Positions 63,516-64,000 of a stretch of DNA of 64,000 nt are shown piece by piece. Source of the stretch: Candidatus Enterousia sp. (lineage in GTDB: Bacteria; Pseudomonadota; Alphaproteobacteria; Rs-D84); NCBI GenBank assembly GCA_045635585.1, contig JAZTWA010000005.1, positions 13,101 through 77,100 on the forward strand, in the 5' to 3' direction. The translations under genes and the position numbers were made by a program. The notes beneath the pieces were generated by a model. It was not told the origin of the DNA. It made no database searches and saw only the letters and a list, made by a program, of their open reading frames with translations. Within the stretch, counting starts at the first letter, position 1. The number at the start of each line of letters is the position of its first letter.

Positions 63516-64000
63516 ATGTCACAAATTAAAAAAGTATTGATTGCAAATCGCGGTGAAATCGCATTAAGAATTATTCGCGCATGTCGTGATATGGGAATTC
63601 GTACGGTTGCTGTATATTCAACCGCAGACCGCGATGCAATGCATGTCCAATTGGCCGATGAATCTGTTTGTATTGGCCCGGCGGCGGCACGTGATTCTTA
63701 TCTGAACGAATCCGCTATTTTAACTGCGGCATTATTAACAAATGCTGATGCAATTCACCCAGGATATGGTTTTTTATCTGAACGTGCAGACTTTGCACGC
63801 AAGGTAGAACAACATAATATGATTTGGATTGGCCCAAAACCCGACATGATTACAAAAATGGGGGACAAGGTTAATGCAAAAAAGACCGCTATTGAATGCG
63901 GATTACCTGTGGTCCCAGGGTCGGCAGGCGCATTAAAATCTTTGGATGACGCAATCACTACGGCCGAAAAAATTGGATATCCGGTTATGTTAAAAGCATC
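63516..64000 (+). CDS. accC: Biotin carboxylase (3'-truncated by the window edge)
   Basis: Not in the ORF track. ATG 63516 gives [23 protein letters not shown]...[10 protein letters not shown]...MGDK...GYPVMLKA. Confidence 0.95.
   Translation, partial: MSQIKKVLIANRGEIALRIIRACRDMGIRTVAVYSTADRDAMHVQLADESVCIGPAAARDSYLNESAILTAALLTNADAIHPGYGFLSERADFARKVEQHNMIWIGPKPDMITKMGDKVNAKKTAIECGLPVVPGSAGALKSLDDAITTAEKIGYPVMLKA

Overview
This is a gene-dense, AT-rich chromosomal segment with about 62 CDS and no rRNA, tRNA, CRISPR array, IS element or prophage that I can support. Protein signatures (porin, DUF4167, zinc-ribbon/DUF3426 protein, VirD4, LptD/SurA) and short intergenic spaces point to a small-genome, probably host-associated Alphaproteobacterium. 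A gut Rs-D84/'Ca. Enterousia'-like lineage is my inference and has not been tested. Most genes are housekeeping: yidC, lspA, rsmA, recR, dnaX, rpsO, truB, mutS, xseB, rlmN, lptF-lptD-surA, ppdK, pnp, infC, rsmG-parA-parB, gyrB, der, mreB, rnpA-yidD and accBC. Many classic operons are broken and their pieces scattered within the window. The main candidate novel system is a cell-surface/host-contact apparatus woven into the core genome. It comprises (i) three tandem divergent PilV/Shufflon_N-like type IVb tip pilins co-transcribed with a ZitP-like polarity protein and an exported 4-Cys protein, (ii) a pilin plus OmpA lipoprotein translationally coupled to dnaX, (iii) an orphan VirD4 coupling protein, and (iv) two large exported proteins built from a six-cysteine repeat, one ending in a glycine-rich hydrophobic hairpin. 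Other observations include variant parS-like sites, two spatially segregated terminator-repeat families, probable leaderless mRNAs, an AUU-initiated infC, a long pnp leader hairpin, a TrpF-like and a RusA-like orphan enzyme, and three DNA glycosylases. All motif calls were made by eye; no database searches were run.
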